Numbered from the stretch's first letter, positions 22,301-33,849 are shown. The stretch is DNA of 64,000 bases from an uncultured Chloroflexia bacterium (GCA_963819655.1 CAWFXA010000002.1:1376001-1440000); one strand, 5' to 3'. Numbers and translations are program-made. Notes: generated by a model not told the origin, from the letters alone.

Positions 22301-23360
22301 TCATGGGCTGACGACTTCACCAGGGCCGGCCGAGCCGGCCGACGTTCGTCGGCCTCCGCGAGCTCGATCCATGGCTGACTTGGCCTGATGAGCAAGGTTG
22401 GGGATGACCACCGAGACGATCAGAAGCAAGCCCACGGAGATGCTCTGGATCTCGGCCGAGATGTTCGTCAGGCGCAGGACGTTGCCCAGGATCGCGAGGA
22501 CCAATGCGGCCAGCGCGACGCCGGGGATCGTGCCCCGGCCGCCGAAGATGTTCACGCCGCCCAGCAGGACAACGGTGACCACGGTCAGGGTCATGCCCTG
22601 CCCGATATCCGCCCGGGCGCTGGCGAAGCGGGCGGTCAGGATGACCCCTGCGAGCGCCGACACCACGCCAGATAGGACGAACAACCACAGTTTGATGCGC
22701 GCCACTCGGACACCCGAGTAGCGCGCAGCGGCGGCGTTCTTGCCGACCGCGTAGATCTGGCGCCCGATCCAGGTGCCGTGCAGCACGACCCCCAGGACCA
22801 GGGCCAGGCCGAGGAAGACCAGGAAAGGCCACGGGATCGGCGTGCCCGGTACGGTGCCGAAGCCGAACGATGTGAACGATTCGGGGAAGCCGGTGACGCC
22901 CTTGGGTCCCAGGATCCCGAGCGCAAGCCCACGGAACAGCGCGAGCGTGCCCAGCGTGACGACCAGGGACGGGAGCCCGAAGCGCGTAACGAGCAGGCCG
23001 TTGAGCACGCCGCCGAGCGGCGCCGACGAGCAGCACGACTGGGATCCCGACCTCGAGCGGGATACCCGCCGCGAACAGGAAGCCGAGCAGGGCGCAGGAC
23101 AGGCCCGCCATCGATTCGACGGACAGGTCGATCTCGCCGGCGATGATGATCAGGGTCATCGCGAGGGCGATGATCGCCACCTCGATCACGGCCGTGACCA
23201 GGTTCGTGAAGTTACGCGGGGTCAGGAAGACCGGCGAGACAGTCGTACCCACCCAGATCAGCCCGAGGACGAGCACGATCAACAGCGTCTCCCACCGGAC
23301 GAGCGAGCTCAGGACCGAGCGCCCTCGGGCGCTCACAGGGGTGGTCACGGAGGCGGTCAT
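22301..23360 (-). CDS. rhaQ: Rhamnose ABC transporter permease (frameshift about 23015)
   Basis: IIAGEIDLSVES in one frame; NGLLVTRFGLPSLVVTLGT...LLGGVNIFGGRG in the next. Confidence 0.88.
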
Positions 23361-24394
23361 CGGGCACGCGCCCGCGCTGTCGAGCGCTGGAGCCGGCGCA
23401 GGAGGTATCCGTCGAGAGCGACCGCGGCCAGGATCACAATGCCGTAGATCGCCAGCAGCCAGAACTGCGAGAAGCGCAGCAGGACGAGGGCGTTGGAGAT
23501 GAAGCCCAGGAAGACCGCGCCCAGTCCCGCCCCGACGACCGTGCCGGACCCGCCGAAGATGGCGACCCCGCCGACGACCACCGCGGCCACGACCTGGAGA
23601 GTGACGCCCGTGGCGGATGTCGCGTTGATCGTCCCGAACTCCATACCCCACAGGACCCCGGCCAGCCCGGCCAGCAACCCACACGCCGAGAAAGCGACGA
23701 AGGTGACCAGGCCCGCCCGGATGCCGAGGATCTCGGCGGCCTCCGGGTTGCTGCCGACCGCATAGATCTGCCGGCCGAAGCGGGTCTGGCGAAGGACGAT
23801 CGCGGCGACCACCACGATGACCAGCGCGATCACGAAGAAGAGCGGGATCCCGACGATATTCGCCCGCGCGAGGGCCGTGTAGCCCTCCGGGAGGTCCGTC
23901 AGCGTGACCTGCTTGCCGCCCGCGAGGAGGAAGACGATTCCCCGGTAGATCGACAGCGTGCCCAGGGTTGCGACGATCGCCGGCACCCGCAGCGCACCTA
24001 CGACGATCCCATTGATCATGCCGAGGATCAGTCCGAGGAGGAGACCGGCGGCGATCGCCACGGGCATGTCGAGCAGCCGTTGCGCGAGCACATCGGCCAC
24101 GACGAAGGCGACGAGACCCATGGTCGACTCGACCGAGAGGTCGACGTTGCGGGTCAGCACGACCACTGCCTGGCCAACCGCCGCGATGCCGATGATCGAG
24201 GCCAGGACCGTGACCTGGGTCAGGTTCGAGATCGACAGGAACTGCGGCGCCTGGATGGCGACGAACGCGCCCAGAACGAGCATGACGACGAGCAGGCTCA
24301 GCTCGCGCTGGCGGGCGACGACCGCGAGGATCCCGCCAAGCGGCCCGGAGGGTGGGGCCGGCGCGGCCATGGCGACCTCAGACATGGACGCCAT
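23357..24394 (-). CDS. rhaP: Rhamnose ABC transporter permease
   Basis: LTRNVDLSVES, VPAIVATLGT, VVVGGVAIFGGSG. Confidence 0.88.
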   Translation of the reverse strand: MASMSEVAMAAPAPPSGPLGGILAVVARQRELSLLVVMLVLGAFVAIQAPQFLSISNLTQVTVLASIIGIAAVGQAVVVLTRNVDLSVESTMGLVAFVVADVLAQRLLDMPVAIAAGLLLGLILGMINGIVVGALRVPAIVATLGTLSIYRGIVFLLAGGKQVTLTDLPEGYTALARANIVGIPLFFVIALVIVVVAAIVLRQTRFGRQIYAVGSNPEAAEILGIRAGLVTFVAFSACGLLAGLAGVLWGMEFGTINATSATGVTLQVVAAVVVGGVAIFGGSGTVVGAGLGAVFLGFISNALVLLRFSQFWLLAIYGIVILAAVALDGYLLRRLQRSTARARAR

Positions 24395-25919
24395 CCGCCA
24401 CGGTGTCGGCCGCCTGCCCGGTGGCCGCGAACATGACGGACTCCTCGGTCGCGTCGTCTCGGCCGATCTCGGCGGTGATCGCCCCCTCGTGCATGACGAG
24501 GATGCGATCGGACATCGCCAGGACCTCGGGCAGGTCGCTGGAGATCAGGATGATGGCCAGGCCCGAGGCCGCCAACTCCGAGATGATCCGGTGGACCTCG
24601 ACCTTGGCCCCGATGTCGATGCCGCGGGTCGGCTCATCCAGGATCAGCACCCGTGGCTCCGTGGCGAGCCACTTGGCCAGCACGACCTTCTGCTGATTGC
24701 CACCGGATAGCGCCGCGACGAGCTGATCCACCCCAGTCGTCCGGATCTGCAGCTGGTCGGCGTATCGGGCGGCGATGGCCCGCTCGGCGGATCCCCGGAC
24801 GAACAGGCGAGGGAATAGCCGCGTCAGGATCGGCAGGGTCACGTTGGAAGCGATCGAGAAGTCGAGGACGAGACCGTCCTGGTGACGATCCTCGGGCACG
24901 TAGGCGATGCCCGCCGCCAGCGCCGACGAGGGGTTGTCGAACGCCACGCTCTCTCCCCTCAGGAAGACCTCACCGCTCTCGGCGCGGTCGATCCCGAACA
25001 GGACACGCGCGACCTCCGTCCGCCCGGCCCCGACCAGGCCGGCCAGCCCGACGATCTCGCCGGTTCGGACGCTGAACGAGACATCGCGGAAGCTCTCGCC
25101 GCGCGTCAATCCGCGCAACTCCAGCAGCACCTCACCGACCGGCGACTCGACCTTGGGGAAGAGCGAGACCGCCCGACCCACCATGTGGCGGACGAGGTCG
25201 GCGGTCGTGAGCCCGGCTGTCGGAGCCGTGACGACATGACGGCCGTCCCGGAACACCGTCGCGGTGTCGCACAGGTCGAAGACCTCTTCCAGCCGGTGGC
25301 TGACGAACAGTACGGCGACGCCACGATCGCGGGTCTGGCGGACGATCGTGAAAAGGCGCTCGACCTCATGCGCGGAGAGCGAGGCAGTGGGTTCGTCGAG
25401 GATGAGGACGCGCGCCTCGATCGACAGTGCCTTGGCGATCTCGATGAGCTGCTGGTCGGCCATCGACAGCCCTCGGACGATGGCACCGGTGTCCATCCGG
25501 ACGCCCAGCCCGTCGAAGATGCGCGCCGCAGCTCGCCGCATCTCGCGCCAGTCGATGGACCCAAGGGCGGCAACCGGCGCGTGGGCCATGAAGACGTTCT
25601 CGGCAACGCTCAGGTCGGGGAAGAGACGCGGCTCCTGGTGGACGACCGCGATGCCCAACGATCGGGCGTGTGCCGGACCATGGAGCGCGATCTCCTCTCC
25701 GTCGAGCCAGATCGAACCGGAGTCCGGCTGATACACGCCGGCCAGGATCTTGACGAGGGTGCTCTTGCCTGCTCCGTTCTCGCCGACCAGGGCGTGGATC
25801 TCGCCCGCACGGAGCTCGAGCGAGACGTCGTCGAGCGCCTGCGTCGCGAGGAAACGCTTCGAGATGCCGCGGAGTTCTGCGCGCGGAGGCGTCGCCGTTT
25901 CCGGCGCAATCGCGGTCAC
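24378..25919 (-). CDS. rhaT: Sugar ABC transporter ATP-binding protein (two ABC domains)
   Basis: GENGAGKS, LILDEPT, LSGGNQQKV. GTG 25919 overlaps the regulator stop. Confidence 0.92.
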   Translation of the reverse strand: MTAIAPETATPPRAELRGISKRFLATQALDDVSLELRAGEIHALVGENGAGKSTLVKILAGVYQPDSGSIWLDGEEIALHGPAHARSLGIAVVHQEPRLFPDLSVAENVFMAHAPVAALGSIDWREMRRAAARIFDGLGVRMDTGAIVRGLSMADQQLIEIAKALSIEARVLILDEPTASLSAHEVERLFTIVRQTRDRGVAVLFVSHRLEEVFDLCDTATVFRDGRHVVTAPTAGLTTADLVRHMVGRAVSLFPKVESPVGEVLLELRGLTRGESFRDVSFSVRTGEIVGLAGLVGAGRTEVARVLFGIDRAESGEVFLRGESVAFDNPSSALAAGIAYVPEDRHQDGLVLDFSIASNVTLPILTRLFPRLFVRGSAERAIAARYADQLQIRTTGVDQLVAALSGGNQQKVVLAKWLATEPRVLILDEPTRGIDIGAKVEVHRIISELAASGLAIILISSDLPEVLAMSDRILVMHEGAITAEIGRDDATEESVMFAATGQAADTVADGVHV

Positions 25920-26776
25920 GGTCGCCGGCCCATCGACGACCGAGCCTGGGCCCGGTCGGAGGCGGCCGACGGATCGATCAGCCGGACGTCGATGCCGCGC
26001 TCGCGGAGCCCGGCGACCATCGCGTCGGGCGAGCGCTCGTCGGTCAGGACGATGTCGATCTGGTCGGTCGGGCAGAACGTCGCGAACGCCGCGCGCTCCC
26101 ATTTCGTGCTGTCGACGATGGCGATGACCTCACGCGCGGCGGTGACCATCGAGCGCTTGATCTGCGCTTCCTCATCGGTCGCATCGCTGAGGCCCGACTC
26201 GAGCGTGAAGCCGGCGGCGCCGAGGAAGGCCTTCTGGACGTTGATCCGGCTGAAGAGACCGTCACCCAACTGACCGACGACCGACAACGCCTCCCAGCGG
26301 ACCCGGCCGCCGAGCATCAGGACCGTGATCCCGGGATGACCGGCGAGTTCGGAGGCGATCCGCAGCCCGTTCGTGATGACCGTCAGTTGGCTCCATCCGC
26401 CGCGCGCCTTGAGGTGGCGGGCGACCGACAGTGCCGTCGTGCTCGCATCCATGACGATGCTCTCGCCGTCCTGGACGAGCTCCGCGCCGGCGGCACCGAT
26501 CCGCCCCTTCTCGTCCGCCTGGAGGCGCTCCCGGATGTCGAACGACAGCTCGGGGCGGCTGCGATCCCTTGCCATCGCTCCGCCGTGCGTGCGCACGAGG
26601 CGGTCCTGGGACTCGAGCATGACGAGGTCCTTGCGGATCGTCACCGCCGAGACGTGGAACTGTTGGGCAAGGTCCGCGACCCGAGCGCGGCCGTGTTCCT
26701 CGACGATCCGGGCGATGCGCTCCTGCCGTTCACGTGCGAAGACGTCCTTCGACGAGGCGCTGGGAGGGTCGGTCAC
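25916..26776 (-). CDS. DeoR/GlpR family transcriptional regulator of rhamnose genes
   Basis: ERQERIARIV...VSAVTIRKDL...RTHGGA; DASTTA; ITNGL. Confidence 0.92.
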   Translation of the reverse strand: MTDPPSASSKDVFARERQERIARIVEEHGRARVADLAQQFHVSAVTIRKDLVMLESQDRLVRTHGGAMARDRSRPELSFDIRERLQADEKGRIGAAGAELVQDGESIVMDASTTALSVARHLKARGGWSQLTVITNGLRIASELAGHPGITVLMLGGRVRWEALSVVGQLGDGLFSRINVQKAFLGAAGFTLESGLSDATDEEAQIKRSMVTAAREVIAIVDSTKWERAAFATFCPTDQIDIVLTDERSPDAMVAGLRERGIDVRLIDPSAASDRAQARSSMGRRP

Positions 26777-26845
26777 GGCCTGTCCTTTCCCCGGGTACGT
26801 GACGCAGCGGGGTGCGAAGGGTGGCTTCGTTTGGATCGCTCGGGC

Positions 26846-26900
26846 ACAGTAGACGGTAAGCGAATGCAATGTCAAGAAAGCAATTGAAATCATATGAAAC
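26846..26900. promoter_or_regulatory. Divergent rha promoter region with 10-bp-spaced GAAA direct repeats
   Basis: Minus-strand TTGACA (26875-26870)-18 nt-TACTGT. GAAA at 26876, 26886 and 26896, as expected for a DeoR-type operator. Confidence 0.55.
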
Positions 26901-27030
26901 ATGTGGCAGGCTAGCGATGCGCACACGCCAGCCCGCTCCGGCCGGTGGGGAACGTTGCCCAGCTCCTCCGGCGCAACGCCGTCGCTTCGTCGGCCGGGGC
27001 GGGCACTACCATCGGCCGACGGAGGCACAG

Positions 27031-28196
27031 GTGACCAGCAACCCAACCGTTGTCGCGGCCCTCAGAGCACAGCGGATCGAGTTGCCCTCGTGGGCGTTCG
27101 GCAACTCCGGCACGCGTTTCAAGGTCTTTGCCCAGAAAGGCGTGCCGCGGACGCCGCAGGAGAAGGTCGCCGACGCCGCGCAGGTCAATCGCTTCACGGG
27201 CGTGGCGCCGAGTGTCGCTCTGCACATCCCGTGGGATCGCGTCGACGATTACGGCGAGCTGGCCCGACATGCGTCGGACGTCGGCGTCCGGCTGGGCACG
27301 ATCAACTCGAATGTCTTCCAGGACGACGACTACATGCTGGGCAGCGTCTGCAACCCGGATGCGGGCGTGCGTCGCAAGGCGCTCGACCACCTGCTTTCGT
27401 GCATCGACGTCATGGACGCCACGGGGTCACGCGACCTGAAGCTGTGGTTCTCGGACGGCACCAACTACCCGGGCCAGGACGACATGCGCGCCCGCCAGGA
27501 CCGGCTTGCCGAGGCGCTCGCGGCCGTCCACGCCCGGCTGGGGCCGGACCAGCGGATGCTCCTCGAATACAAGTTCTTCGAGCCGTCGTTCTACACGATG
27601 GACGTACCTGACTGGGGGACCGCCTACATCCAGTGCGTCGCTGCGGGGCCGAAGGCCGCGGTCGTCGTCGATACCGGCCACCACGCCCCGGGCACGAACA
27701 TCGAGTTCATCGTCGCGTCGCTGCTCCGGGCGGGCGCCTCGGCGGCTTCGACTTCAACTCCCGGTTCTACGCCGATGACGATCTCATGGTCGGGTCGGCC
27801 GATCCATTCCAGCTGTTCCGGATCATGCACGAGGTCGTGCAGGCGGGTGGCCTCGGCGAGGAGGCCGGCGTGGCGTTCATGCTCGACCAGTGCCACAACA
27901 TCGAACCGAAGATCCCAGGCCAGATCCGATCCGTGATGAACGTCCAGGAGGCCACCGCGAAGGCTCTCCTGGTGGATGCCGAAGCCCTCGCCGACATGCA
28001 GGGACGTGGCGACGTGCTCGGTGCCAACGCCGTCCTGATGGATGCGTACGACACAGACGTCCGACCGTTGCTCGCCGAGGTGCGCACCGGACTGGGGCTC
28101 GATCCCGACCCGCTCGCCGCCTATGCGAGGTCAGGCTACGGGGAGCGGATCGTGGCTGAACGTGTCGGTGGTCAGCAGGCGGGCTGGGGCGCATGA
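27031..28196 (+). CDS. rhaI: L-rhamnose isomerase (frameshift about 27737)
   Basis: IELPSWAFGNSGTRFKVF, LHIPWD, LEYKFFEP, DTGHH, FDFNSRFYADDDL, DQCHNIE. Confidence 0.93.
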
Positions 28197-30254
28197 GCGT
28201 CGGGTCGCTGACCCCGAATGCGGATCCGCCGGTCGGGGCGCTGCTCGAGCGTTCGAACCGTCTGGGGTCGGACACGCGCATCACGAATTACGCCGGGGGT
28301 AATACCTCCGCCAAGGGGGTCGGGATCGATCCGGCGACGGGGGCGCCGGTCGAGCTGATGTGGGTCAAGGGCTCGGGTGGCGACCTGGGTACGCTCATGG
28401 AGACGGGCCTGGCCGTCCTGCGGCTGGAAAGGCTGCGCGCCCTCGTCGACGTCTACCCGGGGGTCGACCGAGAGGACGAGATGGTCGCCGCTTTCGACTA
28501 CTGCCTCCATGGTCGCGGCGGCGCCGCGCCGTCGATCGACACGGCGATGCATGGACTCATCGATGCCGACCACGTCGATCACCTTCACCCGGATTCGGGC
28601 ATCGCCCTGGCGACCGCCGCCGACGGGGAGGCCCGGACGCGTGAATGCTTCGGCGACCGTGTGGTCTGGGTCGAGTGGCGGCGCCCGGGTTTCCAGCTCG
28701 GACTGGACATGGCCAAGGTCCGTCGCGACCACCCCGAGGCCATCGGCGCGATCCTCGGAGGGCACGGGATCACCGCCTGGGGTGACACGTCGGAGGAATG
28801 CGAGGCGCGTTCGCTCGAGATCATCCGGACCGCGGAGCGGTTCATCGCGGACAACGGCCGGCCCGACCCGTTCGGGCCACTGATGAGGGGCTTCGAACCG
28901 CTCCCCGAAGCCGAGCGCCATGCGCGTGCCGCCGCACTACTGCCGCTCATCCGCGGCCTGGCTTCGACCGATCGCCCCGTAGTCGGGCACTACACCGACA
29001 GCGACGTCGTGCTCGATTTCCTCGCCCGGGCCGAGCACCCCCGGCTTGCGGCACTAGGCACGTCCTGTCCCGACCACTTCCTGCGAACGAAGGTGCGGCC
29101 GATGGTCCTCGATCTACCGCCGACCGCCGAGCTGGAAAAGGTCGTCGCGCGACTCCGTGAGCTGCACGAGGCGTACCGGGATGGCTACCGCGCCTACTAC
29201 GAGCGGCACGCCACGCCCGACAGCCCACCGATGCGCGGCGCTGACCCGGTCATCGTGCTCGTGCCGGGCGTCGGCATGTTCTCGTTCGGGGCCGACAAGC
29301 AGACCGCCCGTGTCGCCGGCGAGTTCTACGTCAACGCGATCAACGTCATGCGTGGCGCGGAGGCGCTGTCCACGTACGCGCCGATCGACGAGGGGGAGAA
29401 ATTCCGAATCGAGTACTGGGCCCTCGAGGAGGCGAAGCTGGCACGGATGCCAGCCCCGAAGCCGTTGGCCGCGCGCGTCGCATTCGTAACCGGGGCGGGA
29501 TCAGGGATCGGCAGGGCGATCGCCCAACGGTTGGCCGCAGAAGGGGCGTGTGTGGTCGTCGCGGACATCGATGCTGCCAGTGCGGATGCGGTCTCGCGCG
29601 AACTCGGCGGGTCCGATACGGCGATCGGCCTGACCGCGGACGTGACCGATGAGGAGCAGGTGGCCGAGGCCTTTCGGAAGGCCGTCCTGTCATTCGGTGG
29701 CGTCGACCTGATCGTCAACAATGCGGGCCTGTCGATCTCAAAGTCACTGCTCGAGACGACCGTCCGCGACTGGGACCTGCAGCACGACGTCATGGCACGG
29801 GGATCCTTCCTCGTGTCGCGCGAGGCGGCTCGGATCCTGATCGACCAGGCGATGGGTGGCGACATCGTCTACATCGTGAGCAAGAACGCCCTCTTCGCGG
29901 GTCCGAACAACGTGGCCTACGGGGCGTCGAAGGCGGACCAAGCGCACCAGGTGCGCCTGCTCGCCGCCGAGCTCGGCCAGTACGGCGATCAGGGTCAACG
30001 GCGTCAACCCGGACGGGGTCGTCCGTGGTTCGGGGATCTTCGCGAAGGGCTGGGGCGCCGATCGAGCCCGGACCTACGGGATCCCCGAGGACAAGCTCGG
30101 TGAGTTCTACGCGCAGCGAACGCTGTTGAAGCGAGAGGTACTCCCGGAACACGTCGCTGCGGCCGTGTTCGCGTTGACCGGGGGAGACCTGAGCCAGACG
30201 ACGGGTCTCCACATCCCCGTCGATGCGGGTGTCCCGGCGGCCTTCCTGCGGTGA
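28193..30254 (+). CDS. rhaD: Bifunctional rhamnulose-1-phosphate aldolase/short-chain dehydrogenase (frameshift about 29990)
   Basis: TNYAGGNTSAK, VDHLHPD, GTSCPDHFLRTK, EYWALEEAKL, VTGAGSGIG. C-terminus VNGVNPD...VPAAFLR is in a shifted frame. Confidence 0.92.
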
Positions 30255-31696
30255 CCGGCGGGCTCGTCGCGGCCGTGGATCTCGGCGCGTCGAGCGGCCG
30301 CGTGATGGTCGGGCGGGTCGCACCGAATGAGCTGGAGCTGCTCGAGATCCACCGCTTCCCCAACGACCCAGTCCGGCTCCCGGACGGCTTCCACTGGGAC
30401 ATTCTGCGTCTCTACCACGAGGTCCTCGCCGGCCTCCGACAAGCGGCAAGCGCCGCCGACGACCTGGTCAGCATCGGCATCGACACGTGGGGCGTGGACT
30501 ACGGCTTGCTGGATGACGCCGGGTCCCTCCTTGGCGATCCGTTCCACTATCGCGATGGGCGGACCGCGGCCTCCATTGAGGTCGTACACGCGATCGTCTC
30601 GCCGGACGCGCTGTACGCCCGGACGGGACTCCAGTTCCTGCCGTTCAACACGATCTACCAGCTGGCGGCCGCGCGTGGGACCTCGGCCCTCGAGCTGGCC
30701 CGGACGATGCTGCTCATCCCCGACCTCCTGGGCTACTGGCTCTCGGGCGTTCGCGTAGCGGAGGTCACGAACGCATCAACCACGGGACTGCTCGACGTCC
30801 ATCGACGTATCTGGGACGAGGAGCTCAGCGCATCGCTCGGCATCCCACCATCGCTGTTCGCGCCCCTCGGCAATCCCGGCGAGGTGATCGGACCGCTGCT
30901 GGACGATGTCCGTCTCGAGACCGGGGTGTCCGAAGCGACCCGACTGACGTTGGTCGGATCGCATGACACGGCCTCTGCGGTCGTCGCCGTCCCGGCCGAC
31001 GTCCACGATTTCGCGTACATCGCCTGCGGCACCTGGTCGCTTGTCGGCCTGGAGCTCGATCGGGCGGTCCTGACCGAGGACAGTCGACAAGCCAACTTCA
31101 CGAACGAGGGCGGGGTCGACGACCGCGTCCGTTTCCTGCGGAACGTCATGGGTCTGTGGCTTCTCCAGGAATCCCTTCGGACCTGGGATCAGGAGGGCCA
31201 TCCCGAACGGTTGCCGGCATTGCTGATGGCCGCCGGCGAGCTTCCGCCCGGTGGACCCGTGATCGACCCGGACGACGCGTCGTTTCTCCCGCCGGGGGAC
31301 ATGCCGTCCCGGATCGCCGCAGCCTGTCGCCGACTCGATCAGCCCGTGCCGGCCACGCGGCCGGGCCTGGTGCGATGCATCCTCGACAGCCTGGCGCTGG
31401 CCTATAGCCGCGCCGTCCAGGATGCGTCGCGGCTCTCGGGGCGGACCGTGCAGGTCGTCCACCTGGTGGGCGGTGGCGCGCGCAACTCGCTCCTGTGCCA
31501 GCTTACCGCCGATGCCTGCGAGGTCCCGGTCGTCGCCGGCCCGGTGGAAGCCACCGCGCTGGGAAATGCGCTGATCCAGGCCCGAGCCAGTGGGCTCCTG
31601 GCCGGCGATCTTGAGGCTCTGCGGGCCCTCGTCCGCTCGACGCAGGACATCCGGCGGTACGAGCCAAGCACGCCGCTCGCCAGACCGGGGGAGTAG
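30251..31696 (+). CDS. rhaB: Rhamnulokinase
   Basis: AVDLGASSGR, IDTWGVDY, SHDTASA, GTWSLVG, NFTNEGG. Confidence 0.93.
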   Translation: MTGGLVAAVDLGASSGRVMVGRVAPNELELLEIHRFPNDPVRLPDGFHWDILRLYHEVLAGLRQAASAADDLVSIGIDTWGVDYGLLDDAGSLLGDPFHYRDGRTAASIEVVHAIVSPDALYARTGLQFLPFNTIYQLAAARGTSALELARTMLLIPDLLGYWLSGVRVAEVTNASTTGLLDVHRRIWDEELSASLGIPPSLFAPLGNPGEVIGPLLDDVRLETGVSEATRLTLVGSHDTASAVVAVPADVHDFAYIACGTWSLVGLELDRAVLTEDSRQANFTNEGGVDDRVRFLRNVMGLWLLQESLRTWDQEGHPERLPALLMAAGELPPGGPVIDPDDASFLPPGDMPSRIAAACRRLDQPVPATRPGLVRCILDSLALAYSRAVQDASRLSGRTVQVVHLVGGGARNSLLCQLTADACEVPVVAGPVEATALGNALIQARASGLLAGDLEALRALVRSTQDIRRYEPSTPLARPGE

Positions 31697-31754
31697 GGAT
31701 GCGCATCGCGCATCGAGGGCGTCCAAGCGCCGCTGGAACGTGCACGTCGTGTTC

Positions 31755-31821
31755 GTCGAGGGCTGAGGGCCGGAACGTCTCGCCGCCGCACTCCCTCGAC
31801 ATGCGCCGGGTGCATACGAAC
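31755..31821 (+). repeat. Family C hairpin repeat, copy 1
   Basis: GTCGAGGGCTGAGGG...CACTCCCTCGACATGCGCCGGGTGCATACGAAC. Confidence 0.75.
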
Positions 31822-31978
31822 TGTGAGGAGAGGGCTACCGACAAGCCCTTGCGCGCGCATTCACGTGGTGCATGACGATGGAGTGGCCGCGTGACCCACA
31901 GGGGCCGTGTCGCCGGGCGACGGTATCATCGGCGCCCGACTGCGCGAAGGTCACCCTCGGACCCGAGAGGAGCACGCG

Positions 31979-32380
31979 ATGAACGTCAAGGACATCGAAG
32001 GCGTCGGCGCGGCCCAGGGCGCCAAGCTCGAAGCCGCCGGGGTTCGCACGACGGACGAGCTGCTGGAGCGCGGCGCGACGCGCAGCGGCCGCGAGGAGCT
32101 CGCCGCGGCGACCGGCATCAGCCCGAAGTCGATCCTCGAGTGGGTCAACATCGTCGACCTGTACCGGATCGATGGCGTCGGGTCGGAGTTCTCCGACCTG
32201 CTGGAGGCCGCCGCGGTCGACACCATCGCGGAGCTGGCCCAGCGCAACGCGAAGAACCTCGCCGAGACGTTCGCCGAGCTCGACATGGCACGCAACACCG
32301 TCCGCCGGATCCCGTCCGAGACCGAGGTCCAGGGCTGGATCGATCAGGCGAAGGCCCTGCCCCGCATCGTCGAGTACTGA
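31979..32380 (+). CDS. DUF4332 (helix-hairpin-helix) domain protein
   Basis: DIEGVG...KLEAAGVRTTDELL...DLYRIDGVGSEFSDLLEAA; GAGGAG RBS. Confidence 0.88.
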   Translation: MNVKDIEGVGAAQGAKLEAAGVRTTDELLERGATRSGREELAAATGISPKSILEWVNIVDLYRIDGVGSEFSDLLEAAAVDTIAELAQRNAKNLAETFAELDMARNTVRRIPSETEVQGWIDQAKALPRIVEY

Positions 32381-32403
32381 GGCCTGGTCCCAGCGCTTCT
32401 TTG

Positions 32404-32469
32404 GTCGAGGGTGAGGGAGGGAAGCATCCCCCGGCACACTCCCTCGACATGCGCCGGGCGCATACGAAC
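32404..32469 (+). repeat. Family C hairpin repeat, copy 2
   Basis: GTCGAGGGTGAGGG...CACTCCCTCGACATGCGCCGGGCGCATACGAAC; 32/33 identical to the 3' part of copy 1. Confidence 0.75.
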
Positions 32470-32586
32470 AAAGGAGAAGCGGGGCCGCGGGAGGCGGCGC
32501 TGCCGCGCGCCACAGCGTGCCCACATTCACCTGGTGAATGACGAGGGAGTGCTCTGACGAGCAGCGCGCCCGGTGCGGCAAACCGA

Positions 32587-32656
32587 ACTTTGTCCGGCCT
32601 ATTGACAAAGTAGCGGTGACGGGTAGGATGCCCTTTGTCCACTCACCGGACGAAGT
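32587..32656 (+). promoter_or_regulatory. Sigma-70 promoter with two 25-bp ROK-type operators
   Basis: ACTTTGTC-N9-GACAAAGT (32587-32611) overlaps TTGACA (32602); TAGGAT at 32624; second site CCTTTGTC-N9-GACGAAGT (32632-32656). Confidence 0.75.
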
Positions 32657-32694
32657 CCGTGAGGGGCGTGGCAGGAGGGGCCAGAGCACCGCCC

Positions 32695-33849
32695 GTGGCA
32701 CGCACCGAGTTCCCGGCCAAGGCGACCCACGCACAGACGCGCGCACACAATGCGGCGCTCGTCCTGCGGGCGCTGTACGACCTCGGCCCGATCTCGCGCG
32801 CGGACGTCGCTCGGCTGACCGGCCTCACTAGGACCAGCGTCGGCGAACTTGTCAGCGACCTGGAGCAGGAAGGCCTGGCCATCGATGTCGGGCGCGGCCC
32901 GAGCACCGGCGGCAAGCAGCCGACCCTCGTCGCCCTGAACGCCGGGGCGCGAACGGTCATCACCCTCGACCTCGGCGAGCGGACCTTCACCGCGGCCCTG
33001 GCCAACCTCCGCGGCGAGATCGCCGCGCGCGTGAGCCGGGACCTCGACGGGCGCGATGGGGACGAGGCCGTCCAGGTCGTGCACGAGCTCATCGATGAAG
33101 TCCGTGCCGCGGCGACCAGCCCGATCCTCGGCATCGGCGTGGGCACCCCCGGCATCGTCGACCAGACCGGCACGATCCGCTGGGCCGTCAGCCTCGACTG
33201 GCAGGACCTGCCGCTCGCGCGGATCCTCCAGGAACGACACGACCTCCCGACTGTCGTCGCCAATGACAGCCGCGCCGCGGCCTTTGCGACCTACCTGTTC
33301 AGCGGCGATGAGCGCCCGGCGAACCTGGTCGTGGTCAAGGTCGGGCGCGGCATCGGCGCGGGCCTCGTCCTGAGGGACCAGCTGTTCGGTGGCGACGGGG
33401 AGGCGGCCGGTGAGATCGGCCACGTCGTCGTCGATCCCGACGGCGTCGAGTGCCACTGCGGCCGCTTCGGCTGCCTCGAGACCGTGGCGAGTGCCCCCGC
33501 GATCCTGCGCGCCAGCGGCGCCGCAAGCCTGGACGAGTTGGCTGACAAGGCCGCCGCTGGCGACCCCGATGCGCTGAGCGTCGTCCGGACCGCCGGCCGA
33601 GCAGTCGGTGGGGCGATCGCCCACCTGGTCGGAGCGCTCGACGTCCGCCGCATCACGCTGGTCGGCACGGTCACCGCCCTCGGCGAGCCATGGCTGGCCG
33701 CCGTCCGCGAGGAAGCCACGCGACGGAGCCTGGCCGCGACCGGCCGCCCCACCACCATCCTCGATGGCGGGACCGGCGAGGACGTGACGCTCCTCGGGGC
33801 CTGCGCGCTGCTGCTGACGCGCGAGCTCGGGCTGACGGTGCATCGATGA
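32695..33849 (+). CDS. ROK family transcriptional repressor (NagC/XylR-like); start uncertain
   Basis: N-terminal HTH ISRADVARLTGLTRTSV; GEIGH...CHCGRFGCLE. Confidence 0.9.
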   Translation: MARTEFPAKATHAQTRAHNAALVLRALYDLGPISRADVARLTGLTRTSVGELVSDLEQEGLAIDVGRGPSTGGKQPTLVALNAGARTVITLDLGERTFTAALANLRGEIAARVSRDLDGRDGDEAVQVVHELIDEVRAAATSPILGIGVGTPGIVDQTGTIRWAVSLDWQDLPLARILQERHDLPTVVANDSRAAAFATYLFSGDERPANLVVVKVGRGIGAGLVLRDQLFGGDGEAAGEIGHVVVDPDGVECHCGRFGCLETVASAPAILRASGAASLDELADKAAAGDPDALSVVRTAGRAVGGAIAHLVGALDVRRITLVGTVTALGEPWLAAVREEATRRSLAATGRPTTILDGGTGEDVTLLGACALLLTRELGLTVHR

